DNA of 64,000 bases from Octopus sinensis (GCF_006345805.1 NC_043002.1:87234001-87298000); one strand, 5' to 3'; positions 12,842 to 27,081 are shown, counted from the stretch's first letter. The notes: generated from the letters alone by a model not told the origin. Numbers and translations: made by a program.

Positions 12842-14435
12842 ATATATATACATATATATATACTATACATATATATATGTGTGTGCGTATTTGTGTGTGT
12901 ATGTGTGCGCGCGCTTGTGTGTACATGCGTACATCCATCCATACACACACATTTAATAATGTCATTTAGCCGTTAAACCAGGAGTTTACCCGATTAAGCA
13001 ATGAAATAAAAGGACGAGTTCACACCCATGAAATTAATGTTTAATAAATCTGAGTTCAGTATCGACCCTATGAATCCCTTAGTGTCCAGCTGCCTCTTTG
13101 GTTTTAACCCTAAAATATATTTCACACATAGAACCGCATATATATTTCTCGACGTCTTTCATTGCTTGTGCGGAATTTAATACAGAGTGATGCAAGCTTA
13201 TAGTTATTATGGATGGAGGTATCTTTAATTTAGGAAATAAATATACGAAACAAATAAAATAAAACAAAACTAAAAAAAATATAATTGTTGATTCCGGTTT
13301 GGTAAACATTATATTTAGACAACAGAATTCACACTTGGTGTTTAAAAAAATAATTGTTTCTTTTTATTTCCTTTCATGTGTCAATAGTTGTGTTTAATGT
13401 AATTTTAAATTCACACACACATAACACACACATATATTTCTTCACACACATTGTCGATACTCGTATTTGCACTTATATTTACGGATGTTTGCATTTATAC
13501 TGAATCACATAGAAAACTTTTTGATATTATTACTCATTTATCACTTCGCCTTTCTCATTCTATCCATTCTTAATACGACAAGATTATAAAAGTAACCATC
13601 ATCTTCATTATTATTCCTCTTCAGTATCTTCACCATAGGTGAGAATATAAATACATACACACAAGCACATGCAAAACATACACAAACACACACACATAAA
13701 ACATATATAAAACATCATACAGGATATACGATATGTTTTACACACATATTAATTCCCACTCTATTAAACACGTCGGCACTGACTTAGCCATTGTTTTATT
13801 TTTCTTACCGACGATGTCTCTGAATAAGGTATTCTCCAAGCAATTTTATCTTAGTTTTATATGCTAATTTGTGTACGTTACTGTACTTACTGATTCTGTC
13901 ATCATTAGATCAGTAAGTACGGCGAAGCCTTTGCTTCTCTGATGAGGCCATAATAAGAAGGAAACATATCCGACAGTTGTTTCTCCTACTTGACAAAATA
14001 AATATATTATTAATCAATAATTATAATTTGTTTACTTAACCGATAATTCTTTCAAGCTGGCTTTATACTACCTGTATATAATATGTTAACACTAACTAAA
14101 CTATACTTATATACATATTTGCAACTGTGAATAATAAGTACATAAAATATATTATTTCCTGATGAAACAATTTATACAATTGTTTTCCTCTTTTCATGTT
14201 TTGTTTTTCTGATTTTTCACTTCGTTTGAGGAAAATGCTTTTCATTATTTTCATATATACAATCTTAGGAGTGGATAAGTTATAAACAACATATGTGTAT
14301 TCTTTTCTTTCTATTTATGTTTTATCTCCATAAAGCTCAGGTGTATGCCCAATAAATCGAAATAGTTATTTGAAAATTTTTAATTATTAAATTAATTAAA
14401 TGATTTAAAATGTTTTTCCTTAAAAACACCACAGC

Positions 14436-14470
<35 letters not shown>

Positions 14471-14474
<4 letters not shown>

Positions 14475-14870
14475 ATATTTCGGAATGGTAATTTTGCCAG
14501 TTTAGCCAATAAAAACACACGCACTATATATTTGGTGTTATTTTGCTTCAGTGTCATTTATTTTTTACATTAATCTTAATCTTATTTCGGCCAGAGTTCT
14601 TTTGTCACACTCCTGTGACCGCATCAGTGGTCCTTTGTTTTCTTCTTTCTTATTTGTGTCTCTCCTTACTAACCGTCAGCCATTTTGTATATATATATAT
14701 AAGCCGTTGACATGTGCTTCGCCAAAAATTGAAGTATTATGGATGGATATTTGTTGGTAGGTAAGTCAGAACATTGGAATTAGTATTGTATTAGACTGAC
14801 TAAATCTAAAGAGATCTGTTCCAAGTATTTTGTTGATATAAGTTACTATTTATGACTTCAATGGGCAAGT
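14471..14870 (-). mobile_element. PLE-type terminal-repeat-like sequence with a degenerate hammerhead fold
   Basis: Start TGTTATATTTCGG is repeated at ~46274. Hammerhead-like fold at 14589-14633 on the minus strand. Confidence 0.4.
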
Positions 14871-14894
14871 TGATAAAAAAATCAAAAGAAAGGT

Positions 14895-15470
14895 ATAGAT
14901 TGACAGTACTTGGTTGAAGCTTCTTTGTCTCGGCGGCTGTCGAGGCAGGGAAGAAACCAATCTATAATGCTTCATTAGATGTCACAGAAGCCTAGGTGAT
15001 TTCAATAGCATCCTTCAGTTCTGATTGCCGGTATACAAGTTGGTCATCTTTGACTTAACCATGCAACAGATTCACGAGGGAGTTCAGGTTAAGTGAGTTA
15101 TCTGTTCGAGGATGCACATAGAGTAATGATAAGAAAACAAAGCAGATGTTGCTTTGGTTAGTATTCTATGCCTGTCCAGCGCTCTCTCAAAACTCTACTA
15201 TCCCGCCTGTTTGAAGTCCAGCGTCAGCTTGCTGCATACAGAGATGGTGTAGATCACCTTATCGTATGCAGGTTTTGGGCTATTGCGTTCCATTAGGGTC
15301 ACAGTGAACTGCTTACCAAGGGATCATGGAGCACTTCATAATTTCGCCGACAAGTTGTTTGGTGATGGAGAATTTCGATTCTCGCAAGATTTAGTACCTT
15401 CACACAACACTACACAACCACTGCCTGGTTTGGTGAACGTCACATCATCGTGCTTCCTTGCAAGGTTTGT
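14895..15470. mobile_element. Rearranged Tc1 transposase relic
   Basis: + strand 15150-15470: CLKSSV..VTVN..YQGIMEHF..ADKLFGDGEFRFSQDLVPSH. Minus strand 14895-15085: ELKDAIEIT*ASVT..RLVSSLPR..STKY. Confidence 0.75.
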
Positions 15471-16581
15471 TCGTCGATTTACTCTAACTACCATCGATTT
15501 CTCTCAAAGAGAAAGCGGGAGAAATAGAGAAAGAAGGAGAGAGAGAGAAATAGAGCGAAAAAAAAAACAGAGAGAACTAACCGCTGTCTCTTTGGTGGGA
15601 ATTCTTTTAATCGTCAAAAGAAGAAAGGCGCGTCAGCAGGATTTGAACGTAGAACACAGAACGCTGGAAAGCATTCTTTTCTGCATTCTATCAAATCTAT
15701 GAATTCGCTGCCTAAAAGAATATGACAAAGTCGCAGTCGGTGGTATTTGAAACAGGAAAGTAAAGAGCAGTAACTAAATAATACAAGGCATTTCTTTCGT
15801 CGATTTACTGGCTCTATCATTCCACCATGCTATCTATCTATCTATCTGTCTATCTTAGCAGCTTCTCATTCTTCCATATTTCAACCATCGCGTTGTTTTG
15901 GCCAATCCCAACAAGCTAGAAATAGCAGTCTAACCTTCTTCAAATCACACTCTGTCGTCTCTTTCAAAAAGGAAGGACATATTGGATAATATAGCTTGAG
16001 ATATATTTTGTCTGAAAAACAGGATGCTCATGGCTGCAATGTTGTTAGTCTTATTTCTCGTCAACCGGATATGGCCTGCGACTAAACACCACCGCCACCA
16101 CCACTACCAACAGCAGCAACATTATTCTTCCTTTTTACCTACTGCTGTACCTTATTGAGGCGGAACCTATTTGCCCCAACGATGAGATAAGAACTAGATT
16201 TTCAGCCGAAACACTAAGATATGTCCATCTTAGCCATTGTGAGTCTGCGTTTAGTTTTCCTATCTAAATTTTAGTCATTACAACGAATGTAAGATGTGAT
16301 AAACTCGAAGTCATTAAAATTTGCAGTAATTAGTTTATAAAGCTCTTTTTTTAAAATTATTTTACTTGTTTCAAACAAATCGGTCCCAGTGCTTATTTCT
16401 AAGCTTGGCAATTATTTTATCAATCTCCTTCTCCGAAGCACTAAGTTATGGGAATGTAAACAAACAAACACCTGTTGCCAAGCCGTGGTGAGGAACAAAT
16501 ACAAAGACACACATACGCGCACATGTGTGTGTGTATAGATATATTCTATATGCGTATATATATATATATATATATATATAT

Positions 16582-16780
16582 ACGTGCTGGTAGCACGTAA
16601 AAAACACCTACTACACTCACGGAGTGGTTGGCGATAGGAAGGGCATCCAGCTGTAGAAATACTGCCTGATCAGACTGGAGCCTGGTGCAGCCTCCTGGCT
16701 TCCCAGACCCCGGTCGAACCGTCCAACCCATGCTAGCATGGAAAATAGATGTTAAATGATGATGATGATGATGATGATAT
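16582..16780 (+). mobile_element. 3' part of a SINE with (GAT)n tail
   Basis: GAGTGGTTGGCGATAGGAAGGGCATCCAGC core; ends CATGGAAAATAGATGTTAAAT-(GAT)n. Confidence 0.65.
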
Positions 16781-17623
16781 ATATACATGTGTATATGTAT
16801 ATAGACATGCATTTATATGTATACACACGCACGCACACGCACACACACATACATACATATACAACATATATATACGAGGGGCATCTCTCAGTTTCCGCCA
16901 ACAAAATCCTTTGGTCAGCCAGGGGTTATAGTGGAAAACAATTGCCCAATCTACCGCTCACAGTGACTGAAACCCAGACCATTTGGTTGGGAGACAAGCT
17001 TCTTACCACTCAGTCATGTCTGCAATTTATTGTCTATAAATGTACGTAAAACAATGTAGGAATAATGTATATGTGTCCTTGAGCATCTCCTTATGGTCCA
17101 CAGATTCACCCCCCACCACACACACTGTTTGACCTAAAATAATGATGATGAGCAAATAGCTTGTTAGTGTTGGTGTGACGTTTACTCACTGGCCTGTAAT
17201 GAAAGGCGCGCCATCCTTGACCATCATGCATTCTTCTTATAAGCATAGCGTACAACGAATTGTGTTATCAAAAGTATTTTACCTCTTTTCAAATGCAGTA
17301 GTGCATGATTTGAGGGAGAATTAAGCGGTTATGTCAAGCAGGTCATGCAACTATACATACGCACTCTTTTTGGCATGAGTAACTATACTGTGATCTGTCT
17401 CGAAGAATTATGCCGACTGTGTCATTCCCAATATCTACAATTAAATCTATTGAAAGTTGCAACCTTCCATTTCTTAGTCACTTAAAACCTCAAACCTCGT
17501 TTTATAATTACGCAAGAAAATATGATTAATGGGTATGACAAGAGAAAAACAAAAAAGAATGATACAATGATGCCTGTTCCGCTACTTATATGTTATGTTA
17601 TACACACACACACATATATAGAT

Positions 17624-17668
<45 letters not shown>

Positions 17669-18750
17669 CGTACGTACACACACACAATTGCACATATATA
17701 TATGCGCACGCGTATGTGTGTATTTACACATGCATATCTATCTGTATACACACATGTATAATGTATGTATGTATGTATGTATGTATGTATGTATGTATAT
17801 CTATATGTGTATGTTTGAATCCATAAAGCATAACTCACGAAGAGAAGGTCAAGAAATATAATAGATAAAACTGATAAAAGAACGAGATGTTAAAATAGAA
17901 TCAGTAGATTTCGAAAAGCTTCCGGTTATTAGCCTAGACAGATACTACATTAGTAAAAGAGCTTCTGAGATAAACTTGGGCTGGATCAAATAAAATCAAA
18001 TTATAGAAGTATCAGCGAGTGAAGTCTTTCTTCGCTCGTACGAAATTATATATAATTTTCTTTTATGTTACAGCATACATGGAAAATTATCGAAATTATA
18101 CGTTTGGTGTATAAACGAGAAATAAAAGTACTCAGTAAAAAAATGTTGTGAACATGTTTGTTATAATTGGAAAGTATTCCTTCTTCATAACTAGAAATTT
18201 TACATTACCGTTGTTCACAGAATGGAAGCTTGTTAATAAATATCTGACAGAATTTCGAAGATGCATAATTCAGAATTTTCTGGTTAAATCGGATTATTCT
18301 ACAGAAAAAATATGACCATTGAGATGAATATAAGCAACCATTCCATTCCACATTGTGTATATTGTCCGAAAGATTTTGATCAATACTTTTTAGTAGAGCT
18401 ATCCCCCATTCGCTATCGTTTTAGATTTTAAACAACACTAAAGGGAGATTTTGTCTATTAACTGCTTGGATAATTTCAAATGATCGAAGTTTTTCAATTT
18501 ACTATATTACAGTATCGATATTTAGTAAGCAGAACGCGCCTCTGAGTTATTTCTTCCCTCAGCTTTATTGTAATTATCAATGTTACCATAGAAAGTGTTT
18601 CGCCGAATTAAAGAAATTAAAGAAAGCATTACAAAGGTGCAAAAAAAAAAAGTAAAAAAAAAGGTCTATGCCTTCGAGAACATCCTACATAAGAATATAA
18701 AAGCGATTAGAAGCTTCAACCATAGATGAGTGCCGGGAGATTAAAAAAAA

Positions 18751-18915
18751 GGTGCAGGTGTAGCTGTGTGACAAGAAGTTTGTGTACTAACCATATGGGT
18801 CCCAGTTCAGTCGCATTGCGTGGCATTTTGGGAAAGCGTTTTCTCCTATAGCTCCGACCCGACCGCAGCGCCTTGTGAGTGGAGTTAGAAAATGAAAAGT
18901 GAAAGTAGCCCGTCA
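18751..18915 (+). mobile_element. SINE family A head, diverged
   Basis: Colinear with 11241-11404. Confidence 0.75.
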
Positions 18916-18922
18916 TGTATAT

Positions 18923-18977
<55 letters not shown>

Positions 18978-19161
18978 CTAACCCAGAAACGCGTCCGCAA
19001 TTAATCGAAGACTGTTTGACGTTATTTTCCTTCTTTTTGCCTATGTGAGTTACAAATATTGTTATCTGTGGAGTAATATCTGTTGTAAAAAGGAATGAGC
19101 TGTCTTTGGCTGCTATTTCTAAATTTTCGGTATGTGGTGAAATAATTTGTTGCTTAACCCA

Positions 19162-19213
<52 letters not shown>

Positions 19214-19458
19214 ATATATATAAGCAAACATTTAGATTCAGATGAATTAGGTACTTAAGTTGAGGCACCAGAATTTAGTACGGTTTTATCCATACAGTTT
19301 CGAAATAAGGAGATTAAAATCAAAATAAGCAAAATGTGGAGATTATATTAATCTATTCACCTTTATCCTTCTCTGTTCCATACCATATGTATCAGTTAAA
19401 GTTCAATGCTCTATCAATTGTCTGTCGCCTCTTTCAAAATTCAGGGACGTGAGCCTGT

Positions 19459-19540
<82 letters not shown>

Positions 19541-20349
19541 GTCTGTCTGTCTGTCTGTCTATTTGTACGGTTATATACATGCCACACACATACACAAACA
19601 GACACACACACAGACACACACAGCCACACACACATGCACTCGTGGCTGTGTGGTAAGAAGTTTGTTTCTCATCCACATCGTTCCAGGTTTAGTTAATTTC
19701 CATGGTACCTTGGGTAAGTGTCTTCTTACCAAAGTCTTGTGAGTGGATTTGGTAGAGGGAAACAGAAAAATGACCATATATATATATATAATATATATAT
19801 GAATGACTTTCATATACATATATATATAATATAAATAATATATAATTATATGCATATGTACACACATATATGTATATGTATATGCACATATGGGTACAGG
19901 ACATCAAAAAACGTTGAACACAATGAGAAACGAAAACATAAAAACAAAAACATAGAAACGAAGTTTTTTCGAACAACGAAAAAAACCCAGAGAAACGAGA
20001 CATACAACATAAAGAATATTCCCCTTCTTCAGTTGTCCCTGTTTCATCTACTCCGCGTTACGAAGGTAAGAACAAGTCGCGACTTCGTTGAAACAGTCCT
20101 TCCCGCAAAGCAGGAGGGTGAAAGTGGTAACAAGAACAGGGCAGTGAGTACAAAACAGTAAAAGCAAACGGTGAGGGCTTATATATGTATAATTAGTATA
20201 GACAGCTGTCTGTAATGTTTTATCAAATAGGAAAACTATAATTGTCCCCAAATATGACTAGGCTGCTAGAATCACCCGCATTGCTAATATGCTCTAATGC
20301 TATAGTCAAAACACACAATTATAAACATATACACTGACAGGGACTATAT

Positions 20350-20388
<39 letters not shown>

Positions 20389-20670
20389 ATATTATATTTA
20401 ACTTTTTTATACTTTTTGGTTAGTTATATAAAAAAAAATTTAAGTTTAAAAATTAAAAATTAAAAAAATATAAATTAAAAAATTAAAAATTTTAATAATT
20501 TAATTTTAAATTTTATATTTCATATATATATATTATATTTTATATTAATTATATTTATTTTTGTTTTTTATTTTTTGGTTTATGCCTATCACTGTTTGAG
20601 TTGCCTAATAGTGGTTTTATCTCTAATTTAATTTATATATATATACATAAATGTAATATATATATATATT

Positions 20671-20739
<69 letters not shown>

Positions 20740-21219
20740 GCAATTGTTATCAATCTAAAGAAGAGGAAGTATACAAATAGAAGAAATGAAGTCGAAATGC
20801 GCTGAGAATATATTAGAATTAATTAGAATTTTATAGGATTTTGAAATATAGGAATATACTTGACCGGTTTCAAATTAGATTTTCAAAACTGTATATAGTA
20901 TTTGGAGTTGTTTCGCAAATTATGTATTATCTGGTCATTATTATAAAAAAAAAAACTGTTTTTAAAGAAAGAATATAGCTCAGAACGTTCTCCGTTAACG
21001 TACAAATTGATTGGTCAACGTTCATATGCTAAGCTCACGAGACACTCGCGCAAGAAGGCCAAGTAAGTTTTTCTCCACTGAGCAAGTAATATAACAGTTA
21101 GAGAAAAGAGATATGAAGGAGTGATATTTATTTTATTCTGTTTTATCTCTCGTTTTATGTCAGGTGTAAATACAGGTTTGTTGGGACAAACATGAGATAT
21201 AGAACTCAATACTCGAATA

Positions 21220-21493
21220 TTCTTTTATTCTTTTACTTGTTCCAGTCATTTGACTGGGGCCATGCTGGGGCCCCGTCTCAAAGGTTGTAATCGAAGAAAT
21301 CGACCCCAGAACTTATTCTTTGTAAGCTTAGCATTTATTCTATCGGTCTCTTTTGCAGAACTGCTAAGTTACGGTGACATGAACATACTATCATCGGCTG
21401 TGTCAAGCGATGGCGAGGGTACAAAGACAGACAGCCAGACATACATAAATATATACATACATGCATACATTCATACATACGCACACACACACA

Positions 21494-21552
<59 letters not shown>

Positions 21553-21683
21553 CATACACACGACGGGCCTCTTTCAGTTTCCGTCTATCAAATCCACTCT
21601 CAAGGCATTGGACGGCTCGAGGCTATAGTAGAAGACACATGTCCACTGCGTGGGACTGAACCCGGAACCATGTGGTTAGGAAG
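21220..21683 (-). mobile_element. SINE family A, near-full copy
   Basis: Reverse complement of head, microsatellite and tail. Confidence 0.82.
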
Positions 21684-23307
21684 TCATTAAGTTGCAAAAG
21701 TAACTTAAGGGCTGAGTTTCTCTCACGGTTCATTCCAGACACACATTCACATATGCTCACAATCACACACTTAAACGGGGACACACACACACACGCACAC
21801 ATACACACACCCATTCAAAAACATATATACATATATATAAAGGTCATCGTACTGGAGTCATTTCTTTCGCCTGATTTCTAGACGGAGTTACAGGATGTAA
21901 TTTGATTTTTAAATATAGGAATATACTTGACCGGTTTCACATTAGATTTTTCAACACTATATAGTATATGGGGTTGTGATGGAAATTATGTGCTTTCTGG
22001 TCATTGTTATAAAAACTTTTTAAAGAAAGAATATGGCTAAGAACGTTGCCTGTTAACGTACAAATTGATTTTAAACACCGCTAGAGGGAGTTATAGTCTA
22101 TTACTAATACTATGAATCTTACTATGGGAGATTCAGCCGTTATTTATATTAATATGCAGAAAACGTTTTTCTGAAATATTTTCCCCCTTAGTCATATAAT
22201 GCAACCAACATCACTATTTTACATACATACATACGTACATACATACATACATACATACATACATACATACATACATACATACATACATCTGCACATATAT
22301 AGGTATACGTAGATATGTATATATCATGCGTATATATATGTATATATATATTTAAGTATATTTGTGTGTGTGTGTGTGTGTGCATACATGTGTGTGTGTG
22401 CATACATGTGTGTGTGTGCATACATGTGTGTGTGTGTGTATGTATGCATGATTGTGTGTGCGTGTGCGTGTGTATTGATTGTTCTCAGTGTTGTAAACAG
22501 AGTAGAACGTTTTACTGAAATTTGAGAAAACTGATGTTTGGCTATTTCGATCTGTTCATTATATTGAAGTTATTTCCCTTGTGTTGTGGGTTTTTTTTAA
22601 ATTTTAGATTCTAAATATCCCTTCGGGAGTTCCTTTTCTCCCAGGTGTACTAATTGCTTGGATTATCTTAGTTCGAAGTTCACTTTAGTATTTTAGATAG
22701 ATGAGACACTGTCGTATTCGTTGGTTCGATTCCTGAAGCAGAGCACTCTGTGTCCTTGAGCAAAGCACTTCCTTTCACGTTGCTCTAGTCTAGTCAATTG
22801 AAAATGTTGTTGTAGCTTTCTCTCCTCGACCAGCTATCACATTATCGATGTTCTCGTAGAACAATTGAGGAGACAGCCAAGAGAGTATCTAAGCTTGTTC
22901 AGAACGACAGGTATCTAAAGCAATTAGTGAAAGCATAGTAGATGCTACCAGATCCTTATCGTTTACGAGTGACGGCTATAACTTTTACCGTATCTTGTAG
23001 TTTACAGAAATCTTCTCGACATATTTCCTCTCTTCCATTTTTCTTATACAGTGATGAAGAATTTCGACTGACAGAATCGATAGAACGTTGGGCAAAATGC
23101 CTTGTGGTATTTGAGTTATTTTCTTTTATTTTCTTTTACGTTCTAAGTTTTTTTTTAAACAAAAACCTCTGCAGATGGTGTGTGGATGGGGTCAATCTTT
23201 AAGGCAGTTAATAAAATAACAGACCAGTCAAGTACTGACTGGTAATATACACGACTAATCCTTCCTTCAAATTCGTGGTTCTGCTTCAATTCTATAAATC
23301 AATATCA

Positions 23308-23500
23308 GGTGGCGAGCTGGCAGAATCGTTAGCACGCCGAGCAAAATGCTTAGCGGCATTTCGTCCGTATTTACGTTCTGAGCTCAAATTCCGCCGAGAT
23401 CAACTTTGCCTTTTATCCTTTCGAGGTCGATAAAATAAATACTAGTCGATGTAATAGACTTCCCACACCCGAAATTGCTGGTCCTAAAGTCGAAATTTGA
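23308..23500 (+). mobile_element. SINE family B, diverged
   Basis: GGTGGCGAGCTGGCAGAATCGTTAGCACGCC head. Confidence 0.8.
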
Positions 23501-24101
23501 AACCTATAATTCATATATTTAATTAATGAAATGTTGATGATAAACATGTGATCCAATTCCACCAGTTCATGGTTGGGTGGTCGGCAACCGAATTGGCTCC
23601 TTTTGAGTTTTTCCACTGAGGAAGGTGTCCCTCGGCAACCTGCAGAATTTAGAATAATAAAACCTACCAAAGATGCATAAGCTCCTTGATAGTCAACGAC
23701 AATCATAAGCAGGGGAGTAGATGGTATCACCAGGATTACCAAGTCCAATGACATAGAAATGGAAATTAATGTCATATTTAATTCTATACCACCCTGGTCG
23801 AATGCATAAAAATAAGTTCCTGACTAAGAGGAGTGGAAATGATGGGTAAACATTTCAGTTGTGTCAACGGCGGTAATTCTACAAGAACGATTTGACTTGA
23901 GATGAATAATATTTTGGTCTCAAATTCTGACACAAGGCCAGCAATTTTGAGGGAAGCTTATGACATCGATCCCAGTGTTCAACTGGTACTTATTGTATGA
24001 GTACCAGTTGAACACTGGGATCGATGTCATAAGCTTCCCTCAATATTGCTGGCCTTGTGCTAGAATTTGAGACCAAAATATTAATTATCTCATTGTATGA
24101 A

Positions 24102-24331
24102 AGGCGGCGAGCTGGCAGAAACGTTAGCACGCCGGGCGAAATGCTTAGCGGTATTTCGTCTGCGTTACGTTGTGAGTTCAAATTCCGCCGAGGTCGACTT
24201 TGCCTTTCATCCTTTCGGGGTCGATAAATTAAGTACCAGTTACGCACTGGGGTCGATGTAATCGACTTAATACCTATGTCTGTCCTTGTTTGTCCCCTCT
24301 GTGTTTAGACCCTTGTGGGTAATAAAGAAAT
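24102..24331 (+). mobile_element. SINE family B, young copy
   Basis: GGCGGCGAGCTGGCAGAAACGTTAG...GTAATAAAGAAAT, highly similar to 39719-39941. Confidence 0.9.
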
Positions 24332-24692
24332 TGGTACTTATTGTATGAACCCCGAAATGATGACCGGCAAAGTCAGCCTTGGCAGAATTTGAACTCAACG
24401 TAAAGACGAGCGAAATGCCGCAAAGCATTTTCCCGGCATGCTAACGATTCTGCCAGCTCGCTGCCTTCAGATGATTGATATATTGAATGTCAATACTAAA
24501 TGCATTAAAATGGCCATGTTAATGCCCTATATTATGACTTTAGATCCTACTGTTGTTGATCTTACCCTTCATCATTTATTTGTCGTCGATAAAAGGAGTA
24601 CAAGTAAGAAACTGTCTTTGATTGAATCGATTTTCCTCTTTTTCTTCTGTAAAACGTGATAGTGTTCTTACAGTGATAGCTGTAAGAACACT

Positions 24693-25340
24693 GAGTTGTT
24701 ATTCGATGTTTAAGGTCATCGAGGTTAGTGGGTAGCGGTGGAATATAAACGCTATCTTTTACATATCCCCACAAGAAAAATATCGCACATAGTGAGGTCT
24801 GGGGATTTCGCAGGCCAAACACAAAGAGCAAGGCCTTGGGTCCTTCTCCGACCAATCCATTGCTGAGGTCACTTTTTCATTAAAAAAAGCTCGAACCATC
24901 AGTTACCAAAAGCACGATGCTCCATCTTGTTGAAAAATGAAGGAAGCCGTTCGAATCTTCTTGCAGTGAAGTGAAGTGTGGCTTTTGGTGCATATCGAGA
25001 CAGGTGTCCTCTAACGGTGTTTCCTTCACAGGAAAAGGGACAATAAACCTTGTCCTGAGACGCAGCACAGAAGATGTTCACCTTAGGGGAATCTCTTTCA
25101 TGCTTAGGGGAATCTTTTTCGACTCAGTGGATCGTGATATGTTGTTACACGTCTGAGAGGAATTCTCTTATCGCACTGATGTTGCCTGTGTTGCAGGTGG
25201 TGGCCACATTAAAAACTTGTAAGACAGGAAATAAAAGTTGATTGTGAGTAAATACTTGTGACTTAGCTGGAGTTTTCTATTGCTTTTCTTTATCAAAATA
25301 TTGCGTAATGATATCGGTTCATTCTTTTTCAATAACCCTG
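24693..25340 (-). mobile_element. Tc1/mariner relic, probably rosa/DD41D-like
   Basis: TA|CAGGGTTATTGAAAAAG terminus at 25340. Minus strand gives WIG..WPAKSPDLT.CD.FLWGYVKDSVYIPPLPTNLDDLKHRIT. Confidence 0.75.
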
Positions 25341-26539
25341 TATATCTCTAATCTGCTTTGATAGCCTCAATAATATTGTTAATCAATAAAAATTAGACTT
25401 CCATTAATTTAATTCAATTTTCTCCATTTCTAAAATAAATTTCTTCTTCGATTAAATCTCGATTAATAAAAATATCTATTTCTATTTGAAGCCGTTGTTT
25501 TTAATGGTTGATGACTGTCAATCAGTATCGTTTATTGAATAATGGACAACTTCAGAAATGCATTTACATTGCCGTTGCTCTTATCATAAATTTACTTACT
25601 GCCCGGACTTGCGACCAAGTAAATACAGCAAGAGAGAGAGGCTTTCCGACGAATAATGTACTTTGACGATAAACAAGTAGACATCGAGCATCATGTTGAA
25701 TACGTTTCTTGCCTAATTACTTGTGAGATTTTGATGTTGCTAAATTCCAGCGATCAGACAGATAAACGATGACATTTCTATTTGGTGTGTTTCGATTATG
25801 AAGTACGATCCTATGCAGATAATGGTATCTTATGATCAAGATAAGTTCGGATATTGTTTAGTTAAGAGCTATTGAAGAACATAATATCATTTATCATATA
25901 ATGAAATATTCAATATCTGTCAATGAGCCATTCTTTTTATGCTGGCAAATATGAAGCCATAGCTTAGTAAGTGCTCAGGAACGATATATGTCAGAGATAG
26001 CAAATTAAGAACTAGCATATAGTTGTGGATGATGTACATAACGTTGAAGTCGGGATACGTTTTGATAAAGTTCTCTTATTGTCTTACATTTTGGTTTCAA
26101 GACGCACGCTGACGCCGATGATTTGATAACAATATAAACAACAACACTGATATTTATATAGGTGTAGCCATAAACACACACCACACACATATACAAACAC
26201 GCATTCATACAATACACACCCATACAACACACACACTCATACAACACACACCCCTACAATACACACATATACGGCAGGCTTTTTCACAATTCCATCCAAG
26301 TACCGATCAGTAAGATCGAATCCAGAACCACATGGTTGTGATATAAACTTCTTAACTACATAGCCGTTTCTGTGCCTAAGCAAACGTGCATATATATATA
26401 TTTGGTGTGATTTAAGAGATAAACAGATAGACTTTCTTGACAAAATCTATGGATTGCCGCAAGACAAATTCATTTAATACGCCGGATAATGCAAAGGTAT
26501 GTATCTGATGCTTTAGTGTGTCAGACATAGTTCATTACA

Positions 26540-27078
26540 TTAACCCTAACCCCGCTCCTGCGCCTATGCCAAGAATTCTTATAGTTCCAAGTAATGCTAA
26601 TTTTTGTAGGTGTTCTACCTTCACACTTGCACCAGTCGTTTTCCAACCATGCTGGTAGTTGAGTACTGATACTTTCAAGTGCACCAATTACTATTAGTAT
26701 TACGTCTACTATCCTCATTCATCACAACCTTCCTATTTCCCACTTCAAATTGTCACAGTTGTTTAATATTCTACTTCTTTCACATTTATCACCGGGGCAT
26801 GCTATGTCGATTATCATGCATGGTTTTTCCCTTTTTTATTCACTACAACTATGTCCGGTTTCCGATGTCTGGTCAGGTGATCGCACTGGATCATTGCATC
26901 TCACAGAATTTTGCAGTTCTAATTCTCGGTGACTCCTGCTGTTTTCTTTGTCGGCCGTGATTTCCACATAACTCCCAATGGATCATTCTTGCCATATTGT
27001 CAGGGCGTCTTTTGTATTTTCTTTGTGCAAATTTCGGGCATTTGCTAACGATGTGCTTTACCGTTTCACCCTTCTCAC

Positions 27079-27081
<3 letters not shown>
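26540..27081 (-). mobile_element. 5'-truncated RLE-type LINE (R4/Dong-like)
   Basis: GETVKHIVSKCPKFAQRKYKRRPDNMARMIHWELC (CCHC region), then RKPDIVVV..CMIIDIACPGD..IVIGAL..LQKLALLGT. Confidence 0.85.

Noticed and set aside
20040-20100. Hammerhead-like words (ACGAAG..CTTCG.AAC) on the minus strand
   Set aside because: Core and stem I too degenerate to support a call.
23690-23775. Minus-strand FYVIGLGNPGDT, resembling the peptidyl-tRNA hydrolase N-terminal motif
   Set aside because: No following TRHN motif, a stop soon after and no splice support; probably chance.
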